Assembly (NCBI GenBank): GCA_050250255.1
Contig: JBFWOZ010000013.1
Coordinates: 1-64,000, forward strand
From: Bdellovibrionales bacterium
Lineage (GTDB): Bacteria; Bdellovibrionota; Bdellovibrionia; Bdellovibrionales; DASUEL01
Reading direction: 5' to 3'
DNA length: 64,000 nt
Notes under the pieces: generated by a model
Seen by the model: only the letters and a program-made list of their open reading frames with translations
Databases searched by the model: none
What the model was told of the DNA's origin: nothing
Made by a program: the position numbers and the translations under genes
In this document: positions 1 through 10,008 of the stretch, one piece after another
Position numbering within the stretch: the first letter of the stretch is position 1
How the letters are laid out: every line of letters begins with the position of its first letter

Positions 1-668
1 CCCTTAATATCTACTTGCCGATCCTTAGGGCGCCCGTAATAAGCATTAGCTTCGCGCACAAGCTCCGGGTAAGTATAATCTTTGATGGTGTGACTTCCAA
101 AACCAGGCACCACAACAATCAGCACATCTTTCAAATAATTCTGAGTAATCGCCTGACCCAAAGATGTTTCAAAATAATTCTTATCGAGGTTGGATCGATC
201 TTTTTGCTCCGAAAACAGTTTTTCTAAAAGTGCGGCCGCTGGTGAACTTTGCAGACGAGAAACGCCTGTCAGTTGAGAGAAAATATTTTTGTCTTGGAAT
301 TTTTTGAGCTGCGTAGAATTGGCTTCGTATGAAAGTTTATTTGCACGCTCTTGGTATTGAGCTTCAGAGGCACGTTGCCCCGGAGGCGGAGCCTTTGTCA
401 TGATTTGCGAGTAAGATATGTTGAAATCTTCTGCATTATAATAAATGCTTCGCTCTCTCATAAATTCGACTTGCTTCTCAAGATTGCTTTCAAGCAGATG
501 GCTAAGTTTGTGGTTCTTCTCGATGTTCCAGCTGAAAAGTACGTGGTAGATCGTTTTCCAATCAACCGGTGTGCTACGGGTCGTCTGGGCTCGCGAGGGC
601 TGGACGAGAAGTGAAAAAAAGATAACGACGTATAGACCAAATAGTAGTGCGTGGCTCACCGATTTCAT
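1..668 (-). CDS. Secreted protein, possibly alpha/beta-hydrolase fold (runs off window start; missing from ORF track)
   Basis: Manual translation from ATG 668: MKSVSHALLFGLYVVIFFSLLVQPSRA... stays open to position 1. Signal peptide present; VLIVVVPGFGSH resembles the oxyanion-strand motif of alpha/beta hydrolases. Confidence 0.75.
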   Translation of the reverse strand, partial: MKSVSHALLFGLYVVIFFSLLVQPSRAQTTRSTPVDWKTIYHVLFSWNIEKNHKLSHLLESNLEKQVEFMRERSIYYNAEDFNISYSQIMTKAPPPGQRASEAQYQERANKLSYEANSTQLKKFQDKNIFSQLTGVSRLQSSPAAALLEKLFSEQKDRSNLDKNYFETSLGQAITQNYLKDVLIVVVPGFGSHTIKDYTYPELVREANAYYGRPKDRQVDIK

Positions 669-730
669 GACCATTCCCTCGGGCAAAACCCGTACAGTAG
701 GCAGAGTTTGTTTGTAAAACGAGAGAGTTT

Positions 731-746
731 TGCACTTTGTATGCCA
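731..746 (-). promoter_or_regulatory. sigma54-like -24/-12 promoter
   Basis: TGGCATACAAAGTGCA (GG-N10-GC) upstream of ATG 668. Confidence 0.5.
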
Positions 747-859
747 TAAGAGTTTGAAATGACGAGGACTATAGCTCGGATGACAGCGATTAAAGCATTA
801 GGAAATAGAAAAGCAGTGTCGTTGCTTTAGACTTCAATAACAAATTTTTCAAAGGTGGC

Positions 860-1504
860 TTAACGGAGGAATTGAACTCCGAATCCATAACGACCAATGG
901 TTGTTGTCATCGTAGACCACACAACCTTAGCCTTTACGTTGTAACGTCTCTGCATTTGGTTGAGAGGAATGTTGAGCTGGACCTCATCCCCAATAGTTAA
1001 GGTGGGTCGGCCTTCATATTCAAAGAAGGCTCCGCCTTGAGAAAGGTTACGGATTCGTATTTGGATCGCCGAATCAGAAGCAAAGGTTTTTGTAAACTCA
1101 CCATCCTGACTGGTTTGGTAACGTCTAAAAATACGTTGTCGCACTTCGCGGCCATCAATCATTTTTTCTGAGAGGCCATGGAGATCTTTAACATCAAAAG
1201 GTTTTTCCAAAAGAACGGTATTTTTCATTTGCTCTACGTTATAAAAAGTTTCAGGCATCACCGTATTTGCTAAAACTAGGACTGGGAAGTTCTGTCCAAT
1301 ATCTCGAAGATTGCTTGTGAGGGATAATTTTTTTTGATTAAAAACTTCTGTATTAAAAACAAGTAAATGGTAGGTGTCTGACTGAATATTCTCAATCGCT
1401 TGGTCAGGAGTCGTTGCCACAATCACCTGCTGTTTACGATTCAATTCGCGTCTCAGCGTTTGTGTTTCAAGGCCTGCGCGACTGATTAAAAGGATCTTAC
1501 TCAT
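860..1504 (-). CDS. Atypical receiver (REC) domain + PilZ domain protein
   Basis: REC-like N-terminus ending LEKPF but lacking the acidic pocket and phospho-Asp (LLVFN); PilZ motifs RIFRR and NLSQGG, plus KVVW..GFGVQF. Confidence 0.85.
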   Translation of the reverse strand: MSKILLISRAGLETQTLRRELNRKQQVIVATTPDQAIENIQSDTYHLLVFNTEVFNQKKLSLTSNLRDIGQNFPVLVLANTVMPETFYNVEQMKNTVLLEKPFDVKDLHGLSEKMIDGREVRQRIFRRYQTSQDGEFTKTFASDSAIQIRIRNLSQGGAFFEYEGRPTLTIGDEVQLNIPLNQMQRRYNVKAKVVWSTMTTTIGRYGFGVQFLR

Positions 1505-1663
1505 GGAGATCTCCCACCTACTATCTTGTCGGACAAAGCTAGACTAAAAGAGAGGGGCGACTGGAAATTCTCAAATGGAGACATGCTTTAAAATGAGAAT
1601 GTAGGGAAAACTGAATTAGCTGTACACAGTTTGTACTCAATAAATTCGCCATACACTCATAAA

Positions 1664-1679
1664 TGGTACGGAGCTTGCT
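1664..1679 (+). promoter_or_regulatory. sigma54-like -24/-12 promoter
   Basis: TGGTACGGAGCTTGCT upstream of ATG 1773. Confidence 0.65.
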
Positions 1680-1772
1680 GTAGCAACCTGAATCTGAACC
1701 CCATCGAGATTTATAGGTACTTAAGGTGTCTATACGTTTTCGTTTTTAAACTTTTTTACAAAGGAAGATTCA

Positions 1773-2522
1773 ATGAAGTTTCTTACTCTCATTACAGCTA
1801 CGATCCTGGCTCTTTCATCCGTAGCAAATGCGAATTCTCAAAAATTTAAACCTTGGAAAAACCTATTTTCCCCAATTAAAAGCCAAGAAAGCCTCGATGT
1901 TGGAATTAAAGCGGCAGACATTGTGAAGTCGCAAAATCCTAACAAAAATTTCATGTTAGTGACTGCCGACGAAAACGGTCGTTTGGATAAAGACAGCGTT
2001 GCCCTTTCTTATGAGGCTCCAGAAAAAGAAAGATACTACGGTGATAACAACCACATGGTTCAAGGTTTTGAAGTTGGAAACACGAATTACGCTGCATTTC
2101 GACTCGGTCAACAGTTCAATCGTTTTGTAAGAGTATTAGGCATGATCGCTGGATCAAGCACCCAAAGTCAGTTTGGTTTAGGCGTTGGATTCGGTGCCGC
2201 TGTGGAAATTTCACCACTTCAGGTTAAAGGCCTTCGCGGCATGTATGTATCAGGCCGCTATGTCTACATTCTGGATCAGGAAACCATATATGAAGATCAA
2301 GATACCGGCTCAATGACTGGAGCAGCTATCGGTTACGAAAAAAAGTTTGGTTACCAAGCACATTGGTTTGCTGAAGGCGGTGTGGCTCTTAATAAATATA
2401 CAGCTCGAGATTATGTTTACCCAAATCTTGATTACTCACAAGAACCTGACCTTGTTAAAACTTCAACTTCAAAGCGCGGTTGGTATTTTGCTGTGGGCAT
2501 AAACTGGCACTTAACAAATTAA
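1773..2522 (+). CDS. Outer-membrane beta-barrel-like protein
   Basis: Signal peptide; amphipathic Gly/aromatic strands; C-terminal WYFAVGINWHL. Confidence 0.7.
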   Translation: MKFLTLITATILALSSVANANSQKFKPWKNLFSPIKSQESLDVGIKAADIVKSQNPNKNFMLVTADENGRLDKDSVALSYEAPEKERYYGDNNHMVQGFEVGNTNYAAFRLGQQFNRFVRVLGMIAGSSTQSQFGLGVGFGAAVEISPLQVKGLRGMYVSGRYVYILDQETIYEDQDTGSMTGAAIGYEKKFGYQAHWFAEGGVALNKYTARDYVYPNLDYSQEPDLVKTSTSKRGWYFAVGINWHLTN

Positions 2523-2552
2523 TCAGAGAAAACATCTGTTCTCCAATGATCA

Positions 2553-2611
2553 GAATACCGAACTGGATTCGGTATTCGGAATACAGAATTCCGAATACGG
2601 AATTCTGTATT
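2553..2611. terminator. Double hairpin built from heptamer-periodic repeats between convergent genes
   Basis: GAATACCGAA-ctgga-TTCGGTATTC (2553-2577) and ATACAGAATTCCG-aata-CGGAATTCTGTAT (2581-2610). Confidence 0.65.
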
Positions 2612-3748
2612 TTAAGCTGGGGGAGAGTACTTACGACCAAGCTGACCTTTATAATCTCCACGAGGGCGATAAATACGGTTGTTCGCGTACTGCTCTAAAA
2701 TATGAGCAATCCAGCCCGAGACACGAGAAACCGCGAAAATTGGAGTGTAAAGGTCAATCGGGATTTTCATACTGTAATAAACCGTCGCCGAGTAAAAATC
2801 CACATTCGGTAAAAGATCTTTCTCTTTTTGAACCGTGTCATCAATGTGGGCCGACATTTCGTACCATTGAGGCTGACCGGTGATTTTTCCTAGCTTTTCA
2901 CTCATGCTGCGAAGAATTTTTGCTCGTGGATCGCCGTTTTTATAAACACGGTGACCAAATCCCATCACTTTTTGTTTATTGGCGAGTGCATCTTTCACCC
3001 ACTCACGAGCTTTTTCAACAGTACCAATTTCGATAAGCATTTTCATGACCGCTTCGTTCGCTCCTCCATGAAGAGGGCCTTTCAAAGCACTGATCGCGCT
3101 TACAACTGCTGAGTACATATCGCTGAGAGAAGAAGTTGTGACTTTTGCCGCGAAAGCTGAGCAGTTGAGCTCGTGATCAGCATGCAGAATAAGACAGACA
3201 TCAAAGATTTTTACAAAATCAGCATTTGGTTCTGTGCCCGAAAGCATATAGAGAAAATTCCAAGCAAGAGACTTGTCTGGCTGAGGAGCGACAATCGGCT
3301 TACCTGTACGGATTCTTTCAAAAGCCGCAACGAGACTCCCCATTTGAGCTGTTAACTTAATGGCTTTCGCTTTGTTCGCAGCATCGCTATTGTCTTGCGC
3401 TTGCGGATCCCACAATCCCATGGCCGAAACTGCAGATCGCAACCACGCCATTGGATGCACATTTTTGTGGGGAAGTTTTTTAAGCACTTCAATAAGCTCT
3501 GGATTGAGTGCCATGTTGGCACTTAAATCTTTTCTCAATTGTTGAAGCTCAGATTTATTAGGAAGACGATCATTCCATAAAAGATATGTCACTTCTTCGA
3601 AAGTTGCGTTTTCAGCAAGGTCTTCGATAATGTAACCACGATACGTGAGAGTGACATCGATGATCGACGAAATTTTGGTTGTACAAGCGACAACGCCTTC
3701 TAAACCTTTATCAATGGCCCCTCTATATTCTTGAACTGCTTCTGCCAT
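2612..3748 (-). CDS. gltA: Citrate synthase (type I, CitZ/PrpC-like)
   Basis: GLEGV, LHADHELN, GPLHGGANE, MGFGHRVY, DPRA and PNVDFY motifs; 2-methylcitrate specificity cannot be excluded. Confidence 0.9.
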   Translation of the reverse strand: MAEAVQEYRGAIDKGLEGVVACTTKISSIIDVTLTYRGYIIEDLAENATFEEVTYLLWNDRLPNKSELQQLRKDLSANMALNPELIEVLKKLPHKNVHPMAWLRSAVSAMGLWDPQAQDNSDAANKAKAIKLTAQMGSLVAAFERIRTGKPIVAPQPDKSLAWNFLYMLSGTEPNADFVKIFDVCLILHADHELNCSAFAAKVTTSSLSDMYSAVVSAISALKGPLHGGANEAVMKMLIEIGTVEKAREWVKDALANKQKVMGFGHRVYKNGDPRAKILRSMSEKLGKITGQPQWYEMSAHIDDTVQKEKDLLPNVDFYSATVYYSMKIPIDLYTPIFAVSRVSGWIAHILEQYANNRIYRPRGDYKGQLGRKYSPPA

Positions 3749-3899
3749 TTGGTGATCCTTTCCCTCGGTGTTGATACGTCACTTTATAGTTCTTTCTATT
3801 TTATTTGTTCATCTGTAATTAACAACAACTTTCCTTGAAAGCAGGATCCCGTCAAAGGTCTAAGTGGCATTTTGTGATGTGACCCATTGTGTAATGGGC

Positions 3900-4787
3900 T
3901 TATCGGGCGAGCTTTATCACACGATCCTGCACTTCTATAACAAGCACAGTAAGATCTCTGTTGTTCTCTAAACCGCTGATAAATTTCTTATGTTCATAAA
4001 ACAAGTTATGTCGTAACTCATGCGTCGAAAGCCCCGCAGACGACTGCAGAATTTTTTTTATCCGCTCAGAACCAAAAACTTCTCCACCTGCATTTTTAGC
4101 CATAAATAGCCCAGGAGAAACGATGACAATTCTGTCCCTTGGCTGAAGCGCCAAGCTATGTTCTCCCTGAGGAATTATCGCCTGCTGCGAAAGAGCCTCC
4201 CCCGAAGAGTGGAAAACTTCCACGTTTCCATTTGCATGAGAGAGATGAAGTCCTAAAATCTGCCCCATACTACAATAGGCCAGTTCAAATCGGCGTCGAT
4301 CCACGAGTCCAAAAAACAATGAAGCCACTTGTTGCTGCTGAGGTCCAGATAGATCCTTCATTCCGTTCTGAATTTCCTGAGAGATGTTTTTCACAATCTC
4401 CTGAGGGCCAGCTCCACGTCTTGCTTTTACTTGAGAATTCATCTTTAAAAGAACAGCTAGCAATAAAGCCGATAGGCCATGACCCGAAGCGCTGGAAAGA
4501 AGTACGCCAAACTTAAGGCGATCCTCTAATTCAAAGATATCGTAATAATCCCCACCCGAAAGCGCACTGGCCTCAAATTTCGTTGAAAACTCAAAACCTG
4601 GAATGGTGGGAATTTCCGTCGGCACCAAAAGCTTGTGAATGGTGTTCATCATTTGAATTTCGCTACTCACTTGTCCAATAAACTGTTCAATTCTCTTATT
4701 GAGCTGGCTGATTTCTTCACGATAGAGATAAAGCTCTTGATCCCTTGCCTTAAGGGCGGTTTCTAGCTCTTGAATGCGCTTTTGCAT
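3900..4787 (-). CDS. Coiled-coil + SpoIIE/PP2C-like phosphatase domain (degenerate)
   Basis: GGDYYD and SGHG motifs; metal-binding Asp residues appear replaced (SSASGHG, VSPG, NRDLT). Confidence 0.8.
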   Translation of the reverse strand: MQKRIQELETALKARDQELYLYREEISQLNKRIEQFIGQVSSEIQMMNTIHKLLVPTEIPTIPGFEFSTKFEASALSGGDYYDIFELEDRLKFGVLLSSASGHGLSALLLAVLLKMNSQVKARRGAGPQEIVKNISQEIQNGMKDLSGPQQQQVASLFFGLVDRRRFELAYCSMGQILGLHLSHANGNVEVFHSSGEALSQQAIIPQGEHSLALQPRDRIVIVSPGLFMAKNAGGEVFGSERIKKILQSSAGLSTHELRHNLFYEHKKFISGLENNRDLTVLVIEVQDRVIKLAR

Positions 4788-4841
4788 CCCTCAATTCTCT
4801 GTGCTCTTGCTTCGCCTTGTCAAGAACCGTACACTGAACCT

Positions 4842-5783
4842 ATGGGAATTCAATTCCTCCTCAAGGATGATATTCAGGTTGTAGCTCTCGACGGAAAATT
4901 AACAGGTGTCGAAGAGGCCGCTATTCGATTAAAGCTTGATCAAAAAATCAGTCAGGGGAGAAATTACATTTTTTTTTCCATTGCCGAACTAGACCTACAA
5001 GATACGACCACAATAAAAAACGTCCACCTGCTTCTGCAGTACGCAAAAAATCGTGACACTCTTTGTGCCATTTACGGAATCAAAAAAAATCTCTTCAAAC
5101 ATTTTATTATCTCTCCAAATCGCGACATCGATAAATTTGAAACCGAATCTGAAGCCCGTGAATGGCTCGAAAAAATAAAGGCAGAGCGAGCCGCACCAAA
5201 GGATGCGAAAAAAGAGCCCTCGCAAGATCCAGAAAAGGATTTCAAAGCGATGGAATTGGCTCAGCTTTTAAAAAGCTACGAAATTAATTTTATCGAGAAT
5301 GACTATGATCCCTATCGGTTGGCGAAACTCGCTGAAGAATACAATAAAGTGCCCGCACCAGAGTTAATTCAAGCCCTTAAAAAAGCGATCGTCGATATTA
5401 AAACTCATCGCGAGGAGCTCGCTAAGAAAGACGAAGAACTTAAAAATCTCTCAAACCAACTTCATTTCCAAATGAGTTATCGCAAGGCCCCCGTTACAGC
5501 CTCAGAGTTAAAAAGCAAAACAGCATCGGTGTCGAGCGCTGAGGGAGCCATCAAACAAGAAATCGATCAACTGAAGAACGAAATTCATAGATTACAAAAA
5601 GAAGCTCAAGAACATAAACAAAAAAGCCAAGATCACCATCAAAAATGGCAAAGTGAACTAAAAGCTCTTGAAAATGAGATTGCTCAAGAAAAAGCTAAGA
5701 ACGATCGTGCGGTTGAGGAAATGAAAAAACTCGAAGCAGAGCAAGTCGCGTATCTCGAGAAAATCAAATCTGCTACAACTTAA
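4842..5783 (+). CDS. STAS (anti-sigma antagonist-like) domain + long coiled coil
   Basis: IQVVALDGKL... FETESEA STAS-like N-terminus. Start moved to ATG 4842, which follows TTGCTT-N17-TACACT. Confidence 0.7.
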   Translation: MGIQFLLKDDIQVVALDGKLTGVEEAAIRLKLDQKISQGRNYIFFSIAELDLQDTTTIKNVHLLLQYAKNRDTLCAIYGIKKNLFKHFIISPNRDIDKFETESEAREWLEKIKAERAAPKDAKKEPSQDPEKDFKAMELAQLLKSYEINFIENDYDPYRLAKLAEEYNKVPAPELIQALKKAIVDIKTHREELAKKDEELKNLSNQLHFQMSYRKAPVTASELKSKTASVSSAEGAIKQEIDQLKNEIHRLQKEAQEHKQKSQDHHQKWQSELKALENEIAQEKAKNDRAVEEMKKLEAEQVAYLEKIKSATT

Positions 5784-7200
5784 TATAAGAGATGATGGGA
5801 AGAGCGGCCGAGACCTTTTCGACATCATGATCCAGTGAGGAAAAAATATTTTCTTCTTTAGGTAGCTCAGACGAGGGTGATGCTTCGACTTCAATGTCCT
5901 CAAGCCCTGTCAGTCTCAGTTGCTGCTCCGTTAAACTTTTCCTTTCAAGTCTCTGAACAATTTGATCTTGTGGGCGAAATCCCCAGTGAAGAGCTACCTC
6001 TAACGACGGTCGATCATAAACAAACAAACGAAGCTTCTCATTATTTCTCGCTACGAGATAATGAATTTTTTCAATAACATCAGACGTCTTGTATAAATTT
6101 TTATCGCAAACCGAGAGGAAGGTCATTTGTCGCTCTTGAGGATTCCACTTGAGAAGCTCACCGATGCGAGGCTCCTGACAAGAAAGAATAAGCATCTTTT
6201 CGAACGCAACTTCCTTTAGCCCAAAACTCACCTTAATCCATTTCTTTTCTGATGGAAGATACCACTCCCCTTTTTCAAACCAGGCATACCTATGACCGTG
6301 CACGAGATTTTTATTGCGGTCTATTTTTCCTTCAGAAAAAACAACACCTTCTAAATTTTGAAAAAACTGAATTTGATTTTTAACTTGAACCGATTCGTTA
6401 AAAAGAGATTTCCAGGAGTTTGAGATCGTTTGCTCAAACTGACTTACTGTTGCAATTTGAAATTGCTTTTGAGCCAGCCACTTTCGCTCTTTCCAGTCTC
6501 CAAAGAGGTTTTGAATAAACTGAATTTTTTCAGAAACTGAAATGTAGGAATAAACTTTTTGAAACTGATCAAGAAGGTAAGGGCGCACGCTCCAGACACT
6601 GATATGCACTCGTACCGACGCGGGACTCGCACACGAAAACTCATACTCCACAGGATTCCACAAAGACTCACAAATCGTTTCTGAATTCCAAAGCGTAAAT
6701 GATGGGCTTGCTAAGCCAAACGGCTGTAGGCGCTGCCTAAGAGCTAAATCCTGGCTCATATCCGTGATCGATTCGAGAAGCAGCGGATGTGATGCCACCG
6801 ACTCATCTAAATTCTGTAAAAGCACTGCTTTGATGAGGCTATGAATCAACTGATGAGAGCGTCGAAATTGATCAGGCTGTAAACGTACAAGGAGCGCCTG
6901 AATACTGGGATTTTGCTGAACAACTTCTAGGGATATAGGCTTAATCGTCCAACCGAGCATCGCAAAAAACGACTCTGTTTCTTGAATTTGAGAGATCAGA
7001 CTGGGAATTTCAGAGGCCGGATAATTCAATGTTCGTAAAGGGATACAAACCTGTTGGGAAGAGGGGTCTTTTAAATCCGTGCTGACGCTTTTTACAAGCT
7101 TAGAATAAATACAATCTTTATCCTGCGCGGTCGGGCTTAAGAGCGAAACTAGCGCAACCAGAGTGAGAAGAGAGGATAAGAAGATCTGCTTTAAGCTCAT
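5773..7200 (-). CDS. Hypothetical secreted protein
   Basis: 475-aa ORF with signal peptide; no recognised domain. Confidence 0.75.
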   Translation of the reverse strand: MSLKQIFLSSLLTLVALVSLLSPTAQDKDCIYSKLVKSVSTDLKDPSSQQVCIPLRTLNYPASEIPSLISQIQETESFFAMLGWTIKPISLEVVQQNPSIQALLVRLQPDQFRRSHQLIHSLIKAVLLQNLDESVASHPLLLESITDMSQDLALRQRLQPFGLASPSFTLWNSETICESLWNPVEYEFSCASPASVRVHISVWSVRPYLLDQFQKVYSYISVSEKIQFIQNLFGDWKERKWLAQKQFQIATVSQFEQTISNSWKSLFNESVQVKNQIQFFQNLEGVVFSEGKIDRNKNLVHGHRYAWFEKGEWYLPSEKKWIKVSFGLKEVAFEKMLILSCQEPRIGELLKWNPQERQMTFLSVCDKNLYKTSDVIEKIHYLVARNNEKLRLFVYDRPSLEVALHWGFRPQDQIVQRLERKSLTEQQLRLTGLEDIEVEASPSSELPKEENIFSSLDHDVEKVSAALPIISYIKL

Positions 7201-7213
7201 CGTGCATTGTTAA

Positions 7214-7229
7214 AGCAAAGTCAGGGCCA
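7214..7229 (-). promoter_or_regulatory. sigma54-like -24/-12 promoter
   Basis: TGGCCCTGACTTTGCT just upstream of ATG 7200. Confidence 0.6.
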
Positions 7230-7232
7230 GGA

Positions 7233-8147
7233 TTAGGAGAAATGTTTCGGAAGACCGGCTTGTCCAACTCTCGAAGGAAGCTTTCTATTTAACACTTTAT
7301 CTAGCCACTTATTTACGGAAATTAATTTTTCTAAATCGACACTGACTTTAGCGCCTTCACGTTTCAGAAGGTAAACCACATCTTCGGTCGCCACATTTCC
7401 AGATGCGCCGGGAGCGTATGGACATCCACCTAAGCCACCCACACTCGAATCAAAAACTTGAATTCCCCATTGAAGACTCTCGGTGATGTTAGAGAGCGCT
7501 GTTCCACGCGTATCATGGAAGTGCATCGCAGTTTTTTTCGCGGGGCTTAATTTGAGAAGCGGTTGCAAAAGAGCTTTTACGGCTTTAGGTGTTGCGGCCC
7601 CAATCGTATCTCCGATAGACAGCTCAAACACTCCTAAATCCAAAATCTGCTCGACCACTTTTAAAACTTGCTTGGGTTTGATTTTACCTTCATAAGGACA
7701 CCAGAAGCAGGTGCTCAAATATCCACGCACTCGAATTTTATTTTTCTTCGCTAGAGCCACCACCGGCTGAAAGCGCTCGAGACTTTCTTTCACAGAGCAA
7801 TTGATGTTTTTTTGTGAGAAGGTTTCACTCACGGCTGCGAAAATGGCAACTTCCTTGAGGGGAGTTTTTAAGGCCTCAGTCATTCCTTGCTCGTTAGGCA
7901 CAAGGGCCGAGAACTTATCGTACGTTGAAGGAGAAATTTTGGAGCTTCTCTTGAGAGACATTAAAAGTTCTAGAGAGTTTTCCATTTGTGGGATCTTTTT
8001 TGGACTCACGAAAGAACCCACTTCAATACGTGATAGGCCGGCAGCGGTAAGGCGCTCTACCAACTCTTGCTTTTGGGCGACGCTTAGCTTTTGAGTTTCA
8101 TTTTGCAGCCCATCACGAGGACCAACTTCTACAATTTCAACCTTCAT
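7233..8147 (-). CDS. liuE: Hydroxymethylglutaryl-CoA lyase
   Basis: EVGPRDGLQNE, HFHDTRG, GLGGCPYAPGASGNVATED. Confidence 0.95.
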   Translation of the reverse strand: MKVEIVEVGPRDGLQNETQKLSVAQKQELVERLTAAGLSRIEVGSFVSPKKIPQMENSLELLMSLKRSSKISPSTYDKFSALVPNEQGMTEALKTPLKEVAIFAAVSETFSQKNINCSVKESLERFQPVVALAKKNKIRVRGYLSTCFWCPYEGKIKPKQVLKVVEQILDLGVFELSIGDTIGAATPKAVKALLQPLLKLSPAKKTAMHFHDTRGTALSNITESLQWGIQVFDSSVGGLGGCPYAPGASGNVATEDVVYLLKREGAKVSVDLEKLISVNKWLDKVLNRKLPSRVGQAGLPKHFS

Positions 8148-8521
8148 ACGGGATCTATCTCCAACAAAAGTTTATCCTGCTCAACTTGATCTCCCACTTT
8201 ACAGTGAATGGCTTTTACTTTTCCATTGAGACCGGCTTTTAAGTTGTATTCCATTTTCATGGCTTCAAGAACAATCAAGGTCTGTTTTTGCTCAACAGAT
8301 GCGCCCCCCTGCACTAAAATTTTTGTCACCTTGCCTGGCATTGGTGAACGAACTTGATTATCTTCGCCCTCTTTTCCTTTTTTGCGCTGAGCCGATTTGG
8401 ATTTTAAAGAAACAGTGTAGGTTTCTCCATTGAGATGATACCAAAGCTTATCCCCCACCTGCGTGTAGGGAATGAGGATTTTTTTTCCGTCAATTTCAAG
8501 TTCTGCTTTTTTTAGGTTCAT
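8144..8521 (-). CDS. Biotin carboxyl carrier subunit (3-methylcrotonyl-CoA carboxylase)
   Basis: SPMPG and EAMKM biotinylation motif; start set at MNLKK, overlapping the upstream stop. Confidence 0.9.
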   Translation of the reverse strand: MNLKKAELEIDGKKILIPYTQVGDKLWYHLNGETYTVSLKSKSAQRKKGKEGEDNQVRSPMPGKVTKILVQGGASVEQKQTLIVLEAMKMEYNLKAGLNGKVKAIHCKVGDQVEQDKLLLEIDPV

Positions 8522-10008
8522 GAATTCCTCCATGGACCTGCCCAAGGACTCAAAGCTGGATTTTCCGTAGTCGTCGACGGCTGAGAAGTTTGTGGACCTG
8601 CAAACAGTCGGAGCTGAGTCTCTAACTTCTCTCGATCCTGTTGGGTTTTAGGCTCAGTAAGACCGTCAGGATAAAAACGAGGAATAAATTGGGTCGTAAA
8701 TTGTCCCGACACAAAGTTCTCATGCTGGAGAATCGATTTTAAAAGCGGAATATTTGTATGCACACCTGTGATGATAGTTTCACTTAGGGTACGAAGCATT
8801 TTCTGAATCGCCTTGGGTCGTGTTTCATCGTACACAATGATTTTTGCGATCATCGAATCGTAATAAGGAAATACTTCATCACCTGGTTCAAAACCTACTT
8901 CGAATCTACGACCTGGGCCCTGAGGCCAAATCATAGGACCTAGTAAACCAATGCTGGGAATACCACCCTTATAAGAATCTTCAGCCACAATACGGCATTC
9001 AATCGCATGCCCTCGTGGAACAAGCGCACTTTGCACCCACGGGCAAGGTTCACCCTGGGCAATCAGAAGCTGAGCTTTCACAAGGTCAACACACATGATT
9101 TCTTCGGTCACTGTATGCTCTACCTGAAGCCGTGTGTTCATCTCCAAGAAATAATATTTTCCGTCACTTAAAAGAAACTCTACCGTACCCGCTCCGGTAT
9201 ATTGAGCTGACTCCGCTAACTTTTTAGCGGCGCCCCCCATCTCTTCACGAAGCTTGGGATTGAGTGCGATAGAAGGACCTTCTTCAATCACTTTTTGGTG
9301 ACGCCTTTGTACAGAGCACTCACGCTCGGACAAATGAAGCACGCGCCCTTGCTGATCGCCAAAAATTTGAAACTCGATGTGTTTGGCATTTTCAAAATAT
9401 TTTTCTAAAAAAACTTCGTTCGAGGCAAAACCCGCCTTTGCTTCATTTTTGGCGGACTCCACGCACTCGGCAAATTCTGGCTCGCTACGAACTACACGAA
9501 GTCCACGTCCACCACCACCGGCCGAAGATTTTACGATGACAGGGTAACCAATGCGACTTGCTTCTTTTTTTAAAGTTTCAAGTGATTGATCTTTACCATC
9601 GTAACCAGGGATGGTTTCAATCCCCGCAGCCTTGGCTAAACTTTTTGCGGTGATTTTGTCACCGAGCGAACGAATGCTTTTTCCCGTAGGACCCACAAAG
9701 ATTAAGCCACTACTCGTACAGAGATCTGAAAAGTCGGCGTTCTCAGAAAGAAAACCAAAACCCGGATGAATGGCCTCTGCGCCCACCGAGAGAGCGGCAT
9801 CCACGTTTCTCTGCATGTCGAGATAACTTTGCGCAGAGGGTGCAGGCCCAATACAAACATGTTCATCGCAAAGCCGATAGGCAATCGACTGCGTGTCGAC
9901 TTCAGAGTGAAGCAAGACGGTTTTCATTCCCATCTCTTGAGCGGCACGCACGATTCGCACAGCCACTTCACCTCTATTTGCAATGGCGAGTTTTTTAATC
10001 TTTTTCAT
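8518..10008 (-). CDS. liuD: Biotin carboxylase subunit of methylcrotonyl-CoA carboxylase
   Basis: ANRGEVA, HPGFGFLSEN, GGGGRG, ERECSVQRRHQK, EMNTRLQVEH; liu context. Confidence 0.9.
   Translation of the reverse strand: MKKIKKLAIANRGEVAVRIVRAAQEMGMKTVLLHSEVDTQSIAYRLCDEHVCIGPAPSAQSYLDMQRNVDAALSVGAEAIHPGFGFLSENADFSDLCTSSGLIFVGPTGKSIRSLGDKITAKSLAKAAGIETIPGYDGKDQSLETLKKEASRIGYPVIVKSSAGGGGRGLRVVRSEPEFAECVESAKNEAKAGFASNEVFLEKYFENAKHIEFQIFGDQQGRVLHLSERECSVQRRHQKVIEEGPSIALNPKLREEMGGAAKKLAESAQYTGAGTVEFLLSDGKYYFLEMNTRLQVEHTVTEEIMCVDLVKAQLLIAQGEPCPWVQSALVPRGHAIECRIVAEDSYKGGIPSIGLLGPMIWPQGPGRRFEVGFEPGDEVFPYYDSMIAKIIVYDETRPKAIQKMLRTLSETIITGVHTNIPLLKSILQHENFVSGQFTTQFIPRFYPDGLTEPKTQQDREKLETQLRLFAGPQTSQPSTTTENPALSPWAGPWRNS

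Noticed and set aside
8144..10008. Split biotin carboxylase and biotin carrier as a frameshifted liuD
   Set aside because: Both ORFs are intact with a coupled ATGA overlap, and split forms of this enzyme are known.
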